Virus record (IMG/VR): IMGVR_UViG_3300038426_000075
Location: 24,039 to 88,038 of that record
Strand: one strand, 5' to 3'
Source: a virus
Length of the DNA: 64,000 nt
Shown in pieces: positions 1 to 10,277 of the stretch. The translations under genes were made by a program, and so were the position numbers. Under the pieces are notes generated by a model that made no database searches, was not told the origin of the DNA, and saw only the letters and a program-made list of their open reading frames with translations. The first letter of the stretch is position 1. Each line of letters begins with the position of its first letter.

Positions 1-2186
1 TTATCAATCTCTGGATACTCTTCTGGCATGAGCTCAAGGTGCTGAGCCGTCGGGGGAATTGCCTGAGTTGCAAGTGATTGCAAGTCGGGGTAGTCGGCTA
101 AAACTTCGGGGGAGACGGGTTTGCCTTTTTCAACAGCATCCTGCACTTCATATTGATGGAGTGATCTTGCCGTTTTCTTATCAAGAGTACCTTCTGGGTT
201 GCTAGGATCAATTGAGCGGTCAACAAATTCCTTTTTTGTCATCTCCCACGGTTGCTTTCCTACCATATCTGCCAGATTGACAGTTTCTTCAAATCCCTTC
301 TCTTTATGGTGTCTAAGTTCGTGATCAAGAGCCCTTTGGAAACCTTGTCTACTTAAATCCTTTCTTAGATAGATATTGCCCTCTGCATCATTTGTCGAAC
401 CTAATCCAGTCCCCTCAACACCTTTTGGGAGTTCAACTTCTTCAACCTTATAAACCTTATGGCCTTCTACCTCAAAATAGTCCGTAGATTGATTAGGAAC
501 CTGGGATTTAAAGCGATTAAATAGAGAATCATAATTAATAACCCCCTCCTCACTCACTGGCATGCCCTCTTTTGAGACTTCTTGACCAGCAAGGGGTTCG
601 GTAGCCTCCATAATCGGAAATTCTTCGGGTGGAAGTTTGGCCGCTTCCTCCATATCTTTACGGGCTATTTCAGTAATAATATTCTCTTTTGGCTTCGCAA
701 CCGTCGGCATTTGCTGCCCCATCCCCATCATCTGGGGGATTGGTTGAGGAATAGGGGCTTGAATGGGTGGTGCTGTCGGTGTTGGCTGTGGAGGTAGAGC
801 AATTGGACCGACTCCCATCGGCAGAATTGGCTGAGGTGCTTCAATCGGTGGTGCCTCTGGCCGTGGAGCGATAGATGATGCCGGCGGCATGGTGGTTCCG
901 ACAGGTTCTGGTGTCTCGGTCCCAATTCCAGGAGGTCTTACCGGTTCTGGTTCTCCCGTAATAGGGTTAATTTTAAACTCTGTTCCAACGGGAGCTTTTA
1001 GCCGCAAGATCGTCTTGGGTTTGGGTTCCATTAGCTGAAAACCTTGGCCTGGAGGCAATGCCAATTGAGCTCCTGCCTTTATTTCTGTAGCCGGTTGAAC
1101 TGCTGGAGTCCCGGGGGCAGGAATCGTCGAGCCGACAACTTCTGGAACTTCCGGCGCCATCCCAGGAGGAGTAATTTGTGGACTCTCTGCGGGCTTGCCT
1201 GCCTCTGCAAAGGGAGGATATTCCTCTCCTTTGTTCCTTCGTCTCAGAGCCTCTTCCCTCCACGATGGATTGTTCCAACGCCTTAGAACATCGCCTTCGG
1301 AATATCCCTTGTTCATCATGTCCTCAAGAGACTGTGTAACAAGACCACGTTCCTTATTTGTAAGGCTTCTAAGCCAAGGACCTATTGGCGTTTTTAAAAA
1401 TCTGGTTAATACCGCTGGTAGTACTTCCTCCGCAATGGTACCAGCCGCTCTCATAGCAGTTGGAAAAGCTGCCCATTCCGCAGCAGTCATTGTTTCTTTT
1501 GCCAAGGATTCATAGGGAGAAATCTTCTTTTTCCCAGTAACCAATTCTTTCTCGATCTCTTTCAATTTCTCTGGATCAGTTGTCGTCCCAGGGGGGAAAA
1601 AGTCTCCCTTTAATTCTGCTCGACCTTCCTCTCCTGCATATTTCCCAAAGGGAATCGTAAATTTTGCCACTTCCAATGCTGTCGGCGGAATCGCAGCCAA
1701 ATAGGGATGGCGAGCAGCAAAGGGAGAAGTGACAACTTTAGGTTCGACAACGGGAGGCACCTTTGGTGTCGGCTTTACTGGCTCATGCGAAGGAATGGGT
1801 TCCTCTTTCGGAAATCCCGACAAATCAACTCCTGCTTCCGCAGGTGTTTCACGTGCAACCACAGCTGTCATTGGAGAAGGCTTCGGTCTCTCTATCGGCT
1901 TCATGAGGTTCGGGTTGATCAAACCGGGAGGGGTGATAGGTGACACTGTTCGTTCCGGGACAAGAGGGGTAGGGGACTTCTCAACGATCGGTTTAGGCAA
2001 GGCTTCCTGTACGGTAGGTTTTGCTACAATACTCTTTTGAGGAGCGAGGTATTCGATGACCTCCCGATAGGGGACTCCTGCCTTCACAGCATCATCAAGC
2101 CGATAGTTTCTAGTTGCGGCCAGATGCTTAGCTATCTCTTCTTCTGGTACTCCATCCTTAAGTGCCTGCTCATAATTATATGGCAT
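1..2186 (-). CDS. N-terminal part of a large polyvalent/ejected internal virion protein (runs off window start); contains an HExxH metallopeptidase-like motif
   Basis: Not in ORF track. Hand translation from ATG at 2186 gives MPYNYEQALKDGVPEEEIAKHLAATRNYRLDDAVKAGVPYREVIEYLAPQ; same frame gives LDHELRHHK at ~303-329, QPWEMTKKEF and HQYEVQDAVEKGKPVSPEVLADYPDL near the start. Last gene of the ejection cluster. Frame was spot-checked, not checked codon by codon. Confidence 0.75.
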   Translation of the reverse strand, partial: MPYNYEQALKDGVPEEEIAKHLAATRNYRLDDAVKAGVPYREVIEYLAPQKSIVAKPTVQEALPKPIVEKSPTPLVPERTVSPITPPGLINPNLMKPIERPKPSPMTAVVARETPAEAGVDLSGFPKEEPIPSHEPVKPTPKVPPVVEPKVVTSPFAARHPYLAAIPPTALEVAKFTIPFGKYAGEEGRAELKGDFFPPGTTTDPEKLKEIEKELVTGKKKISPYESLAKETMTAAEWAAFPTAMRAAGTIAEEVLPAVLTRFLKTPIGPWLRSLTNKERGLVTQSLEDMMNKGYSEGDVLRRWNNPSWREEALRRRNKGEEYPPFAEAGKPAESPQITPPGMAPEVPEVVGSTIPAPGTPAVQPATEIKAGAQLALPPGQGFQLMEPKPKTILRLKAPVGTEFKINPITGEPEPVRPPGIGTETPEPVGTTMPPASSIAPRPEAPPIEAPQPILPMGVGPIALPPQPTPTAPPIQAPIPQPIPQMMGMGQQMPTVAKPKENIITEIARKDMEEAAKLPPEEFPIMEATEPLAGQEVSKEGMPVSEEGVINYDSLFNRFKSQVPNQSTDYFEVEGHKVYKVEEVELPKGVEGTGLGSTNDAEGNIYLRKDLSRQGFQRALDHELRHHKEKGFEETVNLADMVGKQPWEMTKKEFVDRSIDPSNPEGTLDKKTARSLHQYEVQDAVEKGKPVSPEVLADYPDLQSLATQAIPPTAQHLELMPEEYPEID

Positions 2187-2188
2187 GT

Positions 2189-3862
2189 CTACTCACTTTC
2201 ATAGCGGGAATGGTCAACAGGAACTCTTGTTGCTGCTGGTTTTTCTACCCTACCCGCAAATCCCAGTGGTGCAAGAACTTCTGGTTTCGTTCCAATCTCG
2301 GCAATTTTTCTTATTGGTCCCCCAACTTTCTTAGCGGCCCAACCATAAGTGTTCAGGAATTCCCCCACTGCTCTCGGAGAACTTGCCAAAAGAATAGGCC
2401 AAAATTTAGGATTTATGAATTTTAAAAGAGCCGCTCCACCACCTGCTGCGAGCACCTTTCCCATTGATCCCCTTGGAATCCATTGTTTTCCCACATACCC
2501 AGCAACCTCAGCAGGGATATCAACCCCGGATTTATTCCCTAAAATCTGCATAAGATCTTTTCTCATCTCAAAGTTTTCTCTCAACGCTGAAGAGAGTCTC
2601 CGAAGAGTGTTATCAGCGGTTATTCTACCTATGGGGAAGGTCGCACCTTCTTTTTTTAACATCAGGTTACTTTCTATATCTTTTATGAGATTGGTCGCTT
2701 CGGCGTATCCCTTTGTCATCTTTTCATATTCAGGTATTGCACCTTTGAGACCTTTGCTAAGATTGTTCTCAAGTCGGGTTAAAAATACCTCCGCAGGACT
2801 TTGTTTTTCCACCTGATCTATGTATTTGCTCAATCTCTTTTTTAAATTATCGAGTCCCAATACCGTATTATCTTCCCAGTTCGTAACGTCTTCAATTGCC
2901 CTTTGGACTACATCCCGGTTCTTAACAAGAGGGCTTTGACTAAAATCCAGCTTAGTCCTGGCGTGCGTGCCCTTCCATTGCATAGAGGTTCCTATCTGAA
3001 ATTCATCTGGTCCCATTAGTTTAGCCAGCTCTTGGTCCAAACTGCTTCTTACCTGAGTAAATGCTCCGGGGGTAGCCCTCACTTTCGCCAATTCAGTAGT
3101 GTAAGCACTTCCACGCTGATCCCTGAGACTTTGCAGAGCGTCTTTAGCGTGATCAACAACTTCTTCTCCCGTAAGCTTTCCCCTCATCGCCTTGGTAAAT
3201 GCTTCACTCCCTTTAGCCGCTTCCTCAATAAATCCTGGCCCTCCTCCTGTAAGAGCTCCGACAGCTTCCTTTGTGGCTTTTCCAACGGCACCCACTATTG
3301 GTTTCGCAACCTTCAGGGGTAGGGTTAACGGATCCGTAACCGTTGCCGCAGTCTCCAATACCTTAGCCGTTCTACCTAACCCAGCAAGTTTTGCACCTTT
3401 TCCAGCCAACCCAAGCCCCCCAGATGCAAGTAGAGCAGCATCCACTGGTTTCTCATAAAGGTAATCAAATGCCATCCCTGGTATTTTGAGAGGGCTTTGA
3501 TAGGCTTTGACAATGGGTTTTGAAACTTTCTCAAATGCCGCTTGCGCTTCTGGCGTGGCTGGTTCACCTGTGACCTTTTCCAATCCTCCTCTTATTATCT
3601 GGCCCGCCGCCTCTCCTACATTTTCAGCCGTTCGAAATGGGTGAGTAACGGCCGTAACGAGTCCCTTAGCGACATCAGCCACATTGGTTCCGACATTGCT
3701 TACAAACCCGCCAATGGATTTCCCGGGCGGCGCAGGCGGTCTCGGTCCAGTAGTTTTTGTCTGTTCGATTTGATTAATTAAGGCAGAATCAGTAACCGCT
3801 TGCCCTTTATTTGCCTCTAATTGTTTAATAAGTTCAGGATCAGTAACCGCACCATTTGCCAT
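2189..3862 (-). CDS. Putative ejection (DNA transfer/internal virion) protein
   Basis: Ala/Gly/Lys-rich helical protein with tandem N-terminal AVTDxxLIxQ[LI]E motif; positioned after tail genes; likely start MANG at 3862. Confidence 0.65.
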   Translation of the reverse strand: MANGAVTDPELIKQLEANKGQAVTDSALINQIEQTKTTGPRPPAPPGKSIGGFVSNVGTNVADVAKGLVTAVTHPFRTAENVGEAAGQIIRGGLEKVTGEPATPEAQAAFEKVSKPIVKAYQSPLKIPGMAFDYLYEKPVDAALLASGGLGLAGKGAKLAGLGRTAKVLETAATVTDPLTLPLKVAKPIVGAVGKATKEAVGALTGGGPGFIEEAAKGSEAFTKAMRGKLTGEEVVDHAKDALQSLRDQRGSAYTTELAKVRATPGAFTQVRSSLDQELAKLMGPDEFQIGTSMQWKGTHARTKLDFSQSPLVKNRDVVQRAIEDVTNWEDNTVLGLDNLKKRLSKYIDQVEKQSPAEVFLTRLENNLSKGLKGAIPEYEKMTKGYAEATNLIKDIESNLMLKKEGATFPIGRITADNTLRRLSSALRENFEMRKDLMQILGNKSGVDIPAEVAGYVGKQWIPRGSMGKVLAAGGGAALLKFINPKFWPILLASSPRAVGEFLNTYGWAAKKVGGPIRKIAEIGTKPEVLAPLGFAGRVEKPAATRVPVDHSRYESE

Positions 3863-3864
3863 GG

Positions 3865-6726
3865 CTATTCTCCTTCTGGGAACCACTGACCATTGCGCTT
3901 AATATAATTTTTGCCACCAACCGTACTTCTTTCTTCGCCCCCCACTACTGGTGCTCCCACACCCGCAGGATTCCCACCAAAATCAGCGGCACGTGACCCC
4001 GCTGCTCCACCTGGCCTAACGTTTTTTGGTTCACCGGGCAGAGATGGAATCTTTCCCACTGACTCCTGTACCGATGAGTCCAATGCATCTATCTTATTCT
4101 GCATTTCTGATTTCAAGAATTTACTTACTTCCACAAGGGCCTTATGAGTAAAACCAGCTTCAATAAATTTATTGGCAATAGCTCTCTGCTCATTCTGGAT
4201 AACTGCCCCTCCAATACCCATTGATCCCATCATCCTCGCATATTCGGTTACTACCGTTTGAACCGCATCGTACAACTTGATGGCATTTGGATCGCTTAAT
4301 AATCTTATTTGTCCGGTACGAATAGCATCATTTAAGACCGGGATTGATGTTCTCGGGAGGTTCTTTGAAATATCAACCATTAAGTTTATATTCCTATCAA
4401 CCATTCCTTCAAAGGCCCCTGCATTTGCCCTTAGTTTTATCAGACCAGCAGTTGCCTCTTTCTGTCCCTTGAGAACCATCTGATTGGCCAGAATCATTTT
4501 ATCTCCCATTCCCTCTTCTTTTGCCACACGTCCAGCAACTTTATAGAATTCCATCATGGCGATTGAGCCACCCATACCTGGGAATCTGGGTGGTTCACCG
4601 CCTCGCAACCACATTCGGGCCGAAAGTTCTAAGGCATTTTTCATTTCAGGAGTAGAAATCTGCCCTATTGAAACAGAGGCAATGTTCGGAGGGATAACTG
4701 CCGGAACCCATTTATTTCCAGCCCCCAGGGTTGCCGAAGGTACAAATCCTTCAGGCTTTCCCATCTTTTGCCATGTATCTTTGGCCTCCTTGATGGCTTC
4801 ATTCTTATCTGGATAACCCTTCTGTCCTTCTCCCTTAACTTCTGCCTGCTTGGCTAAAATCTCACCGGGATAAGGTTCTCTATTAGTTATTCCCTTATTT
4901 ATAAGATCTTGCTTTACCGCAGCTGTTTCCAACCCAAGTTGAGTCAGGGGTGCCGTTTTCCTCATTCCCCTTGCCTCAGCCGCAGCAACTCTCTCCTCTG
5001 ACGTGAAAATTTTCTCTGGTATTCCCGCAGTCGTCCCGGTTAGACGTGCTAACTGCTCTGTAAGTATTGGAATATTCTTTAATGCCGCATCACGCTGTGC
5101 CCTTGCCGTCTTGGGATTCTGAGACAACCCATAGCCCTGAGCAATGTTTTTGGCGTCATCAAGAGATTTCTGGATTGCATCTATTGAAGATTTAGTCTCC
5201 CCTTTGGCCATCTCCATGAAGCGTTCTTCGGGGTGGACATCGTAGTAGGTTGGTTCTGGACCCAATGAAGCTAACGCTTCTTCTCTTCTGGTTTTTGTCC
5301 CCCTCTCTAACGTTGGCCTTAACGTCTCCAATGCCTCTTCCTGGGTAGGACGAACCCATCCTTTAGGAGTTGTAATTCCACCTTGACCTTCTGCACTGCG
5401 TATGGAATAACGGGTTTCTCCAGAGGGAAGAACTTCTTTATTAATATCAGAAAGGTTTCCCGATATACCGCCCTCTACCGGTTTGGTGGGTTCAGTCCCT
5501 GCGACCGGTGTCTGTTCCACCTTTTGAGCCTTGGGAACAATCACAGTTGGCACACGAGAGGAAGCAAGAGATTCTATCGGAAACGCTGTTTTTAGTAGTG
5601 CTACACGTCTTTTGCGTTCTTCTTCCGTCATCCCTTCCTCAAGATTAGGAGAAGTAGCCCCTCCAACATCCCTTGACAATAGTGGTGTCATACCAGGAGC
5701 TCCCGATGCCGCTTTTAAACGCTCATATAAATCTGGCGCCTGGGCAATTCCGTACTTCTTATTGTAAGCGGCCAACTGATCGGAACCAAACACGGGGGAT
5801 CCCTTATTCTCCTTAAATGGAGGAGGGGTCAATTCCGGTGATGAAGCTTTTGGTGGAGGTGGCGGCGTTGCCGTATCGAGTTCTTCTTCTTCAGGTTTCC
5901 AGATACGCTGAGGAGCGTATGAGGCTAAAGAAAGTGTGGATGTCAATGGTAGAGGCTTCGGTTCTAACGACTCCAAATTAGAAACCCATGGCGAGACATG
6001 GATAGGAGTAGACTTTAATAATGATGTGTTACGTCCCGCTTCAATTCCTTGTTGGGTGGAAGCTCCCAAATTTTCATAAGAGGTTTCTTTAAAAAGGCTT
6101 GGATTGACTTCTCCACCCTCTTGCTTCGGGATAAGTGGCATTGTTGATCCAGCTTCCGCAGGTCCTGTCGTTGATGTTTGCTTCCCTTCCGGGGCAAAAG
6201 AACTCAACCCTCCCTCCGACCTACCAGCTTTCATTCCGGGTCGGTAGTATATTGATTGATCGCTGAAAGACGGGTGCCCTGGTAATTTATAGGTATCTGG
6301 TAAATGTTCCGTTGTACTCCTATGTCCTTTTAGCCAAGCTCCTCGAGTGTCGTAAAAGTGTCTCGGATCATCTGGATTTGGATTGAGGCCCATATTCTTT
6401 GCACGCTCCGCATACCATCCCTGAAAATTCTTTTCCATCTCGGGCGTAAATGAGGACTTCCAGTCCGGGGGTTGCCATCCAGGGCCTACTTCTCCCCCGT
6501 CTTGTCTCGATTCCAACGGTATGACATTTCCTTTTTTTGCAGGGAAGTATACTCCAGGAGCTGTTACCACTTCTGGATTCGGCCTTCCGTCGGGCTTCGT
6601 CTCGGCGATCGTATAACCATGTGTCGGCTTCGGCACTTTTGGAGGCCTCGGCTCCTTCAGGATATCCGAGAGGATATCAACCAGTCTCACATTCGTCCGT
6701 TTGTGCCAGTCCTGCGAAAGTTCCAT
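3865..6726 (-). CDS. Putative ejection/internal virion protein (953 aa)
   Basis: Low-complexity Pro/Glu-rich N-half with repeated RxxGGxV motifs, a NPDDPRHFYDTRGAW...HLPDTYKLPGHP domain, helical C-half; position in operon. Confidence 0.6.
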   Translation of the reverse strand: MELSQDWHKRTNVRLVDILSDILKEPRPPKVPKPTHGYTIAETKPDGRPNPEVVTAPGVYFPAKKGNVIPLESRQDGGEVGPGWQPPDWKSSFTPEMEKNFQGWYAERAKNMGLNPNPDDPRHFYDTRGAWLKGHRSTTEHLPDTYKLPGHPSFSDQSIYYRPGMKAGRSEGGLSSFAPEGKQTSTTGPAEAGSTMPLIPKQEGGEVNPSLFKETSYENLGASTQQGIEAGRNTSLLKSTPIHVSPWVSNLESLEPKPLPLTSTLSLASYAPQRIWKPEEEELDTATPPPPPKASSPELTPPPFKENKGSPVFGSDQLAAYNKKYGIAQAPDLYERLKAASGAPGMTPLLSRDVGGATSPNLEEGMTEEERKRRVALLKTAFPIESLASSRVPTVIVPKAQKVEQTPVAGTEPTKPVEGGISGNLSDINKEVLPSGETRYSIRSAEGQGGITTPKGWVRPTQEEALETLRPTLERGTKTRREEALASLGPEPTYYDVHPEERFMEMAKGETKSSIDAIQKSLDDAKNIAQGYGLSQNPKTARAQRDAALKNIPILTEQLARLTGTTAGIPEKIFTSEERVAAAEARGMRKTAPLTQLGLETAAVKQDLINKGITNREPYPGEILAKQAEVKGEGQKGYPDKNEAIKEAKDTWQKMGKPEGFVPSATLGAGNKWVPAVIPPNIASVSIGQISTPEMKNALELSARMWLRGGEPPRFPGMGGSIAMMEFYKVAGRVAKEEGMGDKMILANQMVLKGQKEATAGLIKLRANAGAFEGMVDRNINLMVDISKNLPRTSIPVLNDAIRTGQIRLLSDPNAIKLYDAVQTVVTEYARMMGSMGIGGAVIQNEQRAIANKFIEAGFTHKALVEVSKFLKSEMQNKIDALDSSVQESVGKIPSLPGEPKNVRPGGAAGSRAADFGGNPAGVGAPVVGGEERSTVGGKNYIKRNGQWFPEGE

Positions 6727-6743
6727 GATTTTCTCCTTTAACC

Positions 6744-8012
6744 CTATGTACTGGATATGGTCTCGCTCGCACTTGCGCTGTCACTACGACTCATTGATGC
6801 AGCCGCATGGATGCTCGACAATGCGCCGGCCACTTCTTGGGCAACGATGGCCCCCATAGCCTTAATAACCTCAATCCTTAATCCGATGAGAGCTTCGTAC
6901 TCTCGGATCTGGATGTCCGCATTTTTGAGGTAGAGTTCGGCTCGGGAAATGGCAAGACTCGTTTGCGTCTTTATGATTTCAAGCTCGACGTTAGTTAATG
7001 CCTGATATACCTGAACATCGGCCCTATACGCCTCGATTTCCCCAGTAAAGACCTTGATCAGGGCATCCAACCGGGCCGCTTCTGCTTCAACCTCCGCCCT
7101 AAAAGCCGTCACCTCGGCTACATATATCTCAACCTTTGTCTTTGCCTCAGTCATTCTTACGTTAGCAACCGTCTGGTAGATATCGGTCATCATCCGGTAT
7201 TTGGCAATCTCGACATTGTAGACCTGGATCTGAGCCTGAACGGTTGCCCGGGAGGCTTCAAAAAGCCTCGCCTGAGTCGTCTGAAGGAAGTTCATCAAAA
7301 TCCCTTCGAGTTGGGTAGCCTGGGCGATTGCTGACTCCCGAACTTTGATGGCAAGATCGGATTCCTGGATAGCAATTTGTCCGCTTCTGTCTTCATACAC
7401 ATTTGCGTATCTGATGTCCTCAGATTCAATCGCTGCCACTAAAACCCCATCCGGCAAAGGTAAACCGCTTTTGGACCACTCGGCACGCTTCTGAGCCAAT
7501 AGATCCTGATGGGTCAGTAAATCCCTTGCCCGGCCGCGGTTCCATTTTGCGGTTTCGATATCTGGTCTATCTATATCCGTCTGGACATCGGCCAAAAGAC
7601 GTGCCTTAAGGGCCGTCAGCAATGCCGACTCATACGTTACCGCAGCCGCATCAATGGGGTCCACATGGACGGCGAGACCACTTATATCGGGGACCGTTAG
7701 GTCGCTCAGGTCGATATTAGCGAACACGCTTTTTTCGGGAGGAGAGGGAAAATTCGTCGTCACATCAGGCCTTGTTGGTCTAACCCCAATGAACGGAGTA
7801 ATAGTAGAAGTATCGATACCCTGAAGCGTGACATCTGTATCAATCTGCTTGATTGAACCGGAGATGGTCGCGAGATTATTTAAGAGTCCTTCAGCCAAAT
7901 TTACTGCCTGCGTCGTATAGTCTCGGGCCAGATCGAATTGTTTTTCGACCTCCACCATTGCCACTTCATAAATAGGGACACCGCCAACGGTGCCAGGGGT
8001 GCCATTAGACAT
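6744..8012 (-). CDS. Coiled-coil virion/tail-associated protein
   Basis: 422 aa ORF with long heptad-like Ala/Glu/Tyr-rich C-half; GGAGG RBS. Confidence 0.5.
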   Translation of the reverse strand: MSNGTPGTVGGVPIYEVAMVEVEKQFDLARDYTTQAVNLAEGLLNNLATISGSIKQIDTDVTLQGIDTSTITPFIGVRPTRPDVTTNFPSPPEKSVFANIDLSDLTVPDISGLAVHVDPIDAAAVTYESALLTALKARLLADVQTDIDRPDIETAKWNRGRARDLLTHQDLLAQKRAEWSKSGLPLPDGVLVAAIESEDIRYANVYEDRSGQIAIQESDLAIKVRESAIAQATQLEGILMNFLQTTQARLFEASRATVQAQIQVYNVEIAKYRMMTDIYQTVANVRMTEAKTKVEIYVAEVTAFRAEVEAEAARLDALIKVFTGEIEAYRADVQVYQALTNVELEIIKTQTSLAISRAELYLKNADIQIREYEALIGLRIEVIKAMGAIVAQEVAGALSSIHAAASMSRSDSASASETISST

Positions 8013-8021
8013 TGTAGCCTC

Positions 8022-8537
8022 CTATTTCAATCCGTCGTTGGTTACGGTCTTGATTCCCAGATCAGCCTTCATCCCACCTCGCCAATCTGGATTCTCCTCG
8101 GACATTCGCTGTGCCCTAAATAGCTCGGATTTCTCCGTTTTAAACCCACATCCAATTGGTTTCATATCAGGACCTATTTCCTCACATGAATACATTGTAT
8201 GATACTTTCCTCCTTCTGAATCAGTACAAGATGGACATATATCTTTTAGTGATAATCCATCCTTACGTCCACATTGTGGGCAATCTTTACGGGGAAAAAT
8301 AAACTTCCCATTTTTATCCACCATTTCATGCGGTGCAGGCAGATGGGAAATGTCTCTGGAAGAAAGGGTTTGTACAATCACACCAAGCAAAGGAGCGGTC
8401 TCATTAAATAAAATGGTGATATTTTTTTCTTCCGGCAATCCCTTCGCCTTTCTGATTTCTTTTGCTGCATTAATTACGAGCTGTCTAATTTGATGTTGAC
8501 ACTCATCAAATCTGTCGGCAATTCTTTTTTCGGCCAT
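8022..8537 (-). CDS. Hypothetical protein with zinc-ribbon motifs
   Basis: CPQC, CPSC and C...C motifs; GGAGG RBS. Confidence 0.6.
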   Translation of the reverse strand: MAEKRIADRFDECQHQIRQLVINAAKEIRKAKGLPEEKNITILFNETAPLLGVIVQTLSSRDISHLPAPHEMVDKNGKFIFPRKDCPQCGRKDGLSLKDICPSCTDSEGGKYHTMYSCEEIGPDMKPIGCGFKTEKSELFRAQRMSEENPDWRGGMKADLGIKTVTNDGLK

Positions 8538-8546
8538 CTTCTCCTC

Positions 8547-10277
8547 CTAAAACGGTAATCCGGTTAATGGATTCAGAGGACAACATCCAGCTGCCTTCAT
8601 TGCATCGCCTCTTTCATCCGTTACAGTACCCATATGCCATGGGGAAATATCTCCATCACAGCAACCGTTACAATCGTTTCTTCCAACAGTATTGTCTGCA
8701 CAGATAACCTCTCTCCATCGCCCACAAACTCCTAAACATATGTCTTCTCGCACTGGTTCCCCGCTGTCGTAATATAAGAGCACTGTCCCACTACAATTCC
8801 ATTCCCAGTGCTGCGTCCTGAGACCCAGTTCGTGGCAGATACCACAATAGCTACAATCTGCTTGCGGAGGACACACATCACAGCAAAAACGGAATGTAGT
8901 CGTCCATAACTGCAATGCCATGCCCGGTGGAGTATAACAATTTACGGCCAAGCTGATTGCAGCACTTCCTCCGCAGCAATCCGTGAGCGTAATAGTTGGG
9001 TTATCGACGCAGTTTACATTCGTGGCTGGGGCGGTATATACAGCTTCCCCGCTATCATTGGGGCTGAAAGCGATAGTCCCCCCACCAGCAGTAACGGCCC
9101 AAGACCAAGGACCACATCCACCCTGAGCGGTAAGGGTTTGAGATCCGCCACAACTCATTAAAAGGGAAGTACAGAGAATAGAAAGAGGATCGGCATCATC
9201 ACAACATGGAGTACCTATAACAGTATAGGTACTCCCGCATCGATCTTTTAATTTTATAATACCAGGCTGGGTGCACTCGATACCAACACCCAAACCGGTG
9301 GATAGACCATCTTTTGACGTACCAAGCAGTGACAATGCCCCTGAAGCCGTCCATTCGAAGGGTAAACATCCTCCATTAACCTCTGGAATAGCGTATAATT
9401 TGCCAAATACACGATAGACAAGCAATCCACCAGCTCCTCCAAGGGGAACGGAAGTTGGCATTTTGCAAAGGGCCATACCCTCGTAAACTATATAGGGTTG
9501 ACAAGTTCCAAAATCTTCCCACCAAATCTCCACTTTTCTAAGATCAGGGGTTTTTAAACAGCAATCCACATCAATCTTTTGCTGTTGACTACATATTACA
9601 TTAGCATTATTATCGAGGATGATGCCCCCAAGAAGCAGGATGCCTAAACCAGTTCTGGAAAGTATGCCTGTCTCGGTATATGACTTCCAAATAATGTAAT
9701 TTCCTTTATCATCATGACCATGATCTATTATCTGACCCCAAGCTGGAGGAGAAAGGGAGTAAACCGTATGGTTATTTGGTTCACCGTCATAGTGTCTTGG
9801 TTCAACAGGAGCAGTATAGGTGAACAAAAAATCCCATACAATGTCCTGACAGGTGGGACATTTGCTTACATCAATTAAATAATAGGTTTTGAAATAATCA
9901 ATTCCAACGACATCTGTAGGTTCTATCACTCCTGAATTTTTCATCGGAGGAACAAAAAGCGGAAAATCAATAAATGTAATAGTGCATATACCTTTTATAG
10001 CTGTGACGACCCGACTTACATCAATCTCAACAAAGTCCTGACCAAACACCGACTTCACAATGATCGTTGTTCCAGGTTCAGGCGAACGTTTGTCTTGGAG
10101 CGATTTCAATTTCGGGACAGCTATGTTCATCCTGTTTTTTAACTGATAGAGCATATTCTTGGCTTCCCCAACAAATTGTTGGCAATAGGCCGGATCTCCG
10201 ATAAGGTTCCACGAAACGGCACCCGATGGGTATCGGTATCTCCAATCATCTAATTCCGAATAGTCTCGCTTTGCCAT
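8547..10277 (-). CDS. Cysteine-rich putative tail protein
   Basis: 576 aa, about 36 Cys, Ig-like segment (GGCGPWSWAVTAGGGT...YTAP); lies in tail module. Confidence 0.55.
   Translation of the reverse strand: MAKRDYSELDDWRYRYPSGAVSWNLIGDPAYCQQFVGEAKNMLYQLKNRMNIAVPKLKSLQDKRSPEPGTTIIVKSVFGQDFVEIDVSRVVTAIKGICTITFIDFPLFVPPMKNSGVIEPTDVVGIDYFKTYYLIDVSKCPTCQDIVWDFLFTYTAPVEPRHYDGEPNNHTVYSLSPPAWGQIIDHGHDDKGNYIIWKSYTETGILSRTGLGILLLGGIILDNNANVICSQQQKIDVDCCLKTPDLRKVEIWWEDFGTCQPYIVYEGMALCKMPTSVPLGGAGGLLVYRVFGKLYAIPEVNGGCLPFEWTASGALSLLGTSKDGLSTGLGVGIECTQPGIIKLKDRCGSTYTVIGTPCCDDADPLSILCTSLLMSCGGSQTLTAQGGCGPWSWAVTAGGGTIAFSPNDSGEAVYTAPATNVNCVDNPTITLTDCCGGSAAISLAVNCYTPPGMALQLWTTTFRFCCDVCPPQADCSYCGICHELGLRTQHWEWNCSGTVLLYYDSGEPVREDICLGVCGRWREVICADNTVGRNDCNGCCDGDISPWHMGTVTDERGDAMKAAGCCPLNPLTGLPF

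Noticed and set aside
8547-10277. Diversity-generating retroelement targeting the Cys-rich tail gene
   Set aside because: No reverse transcriptase and no TR/VR repeat pair seen in the window
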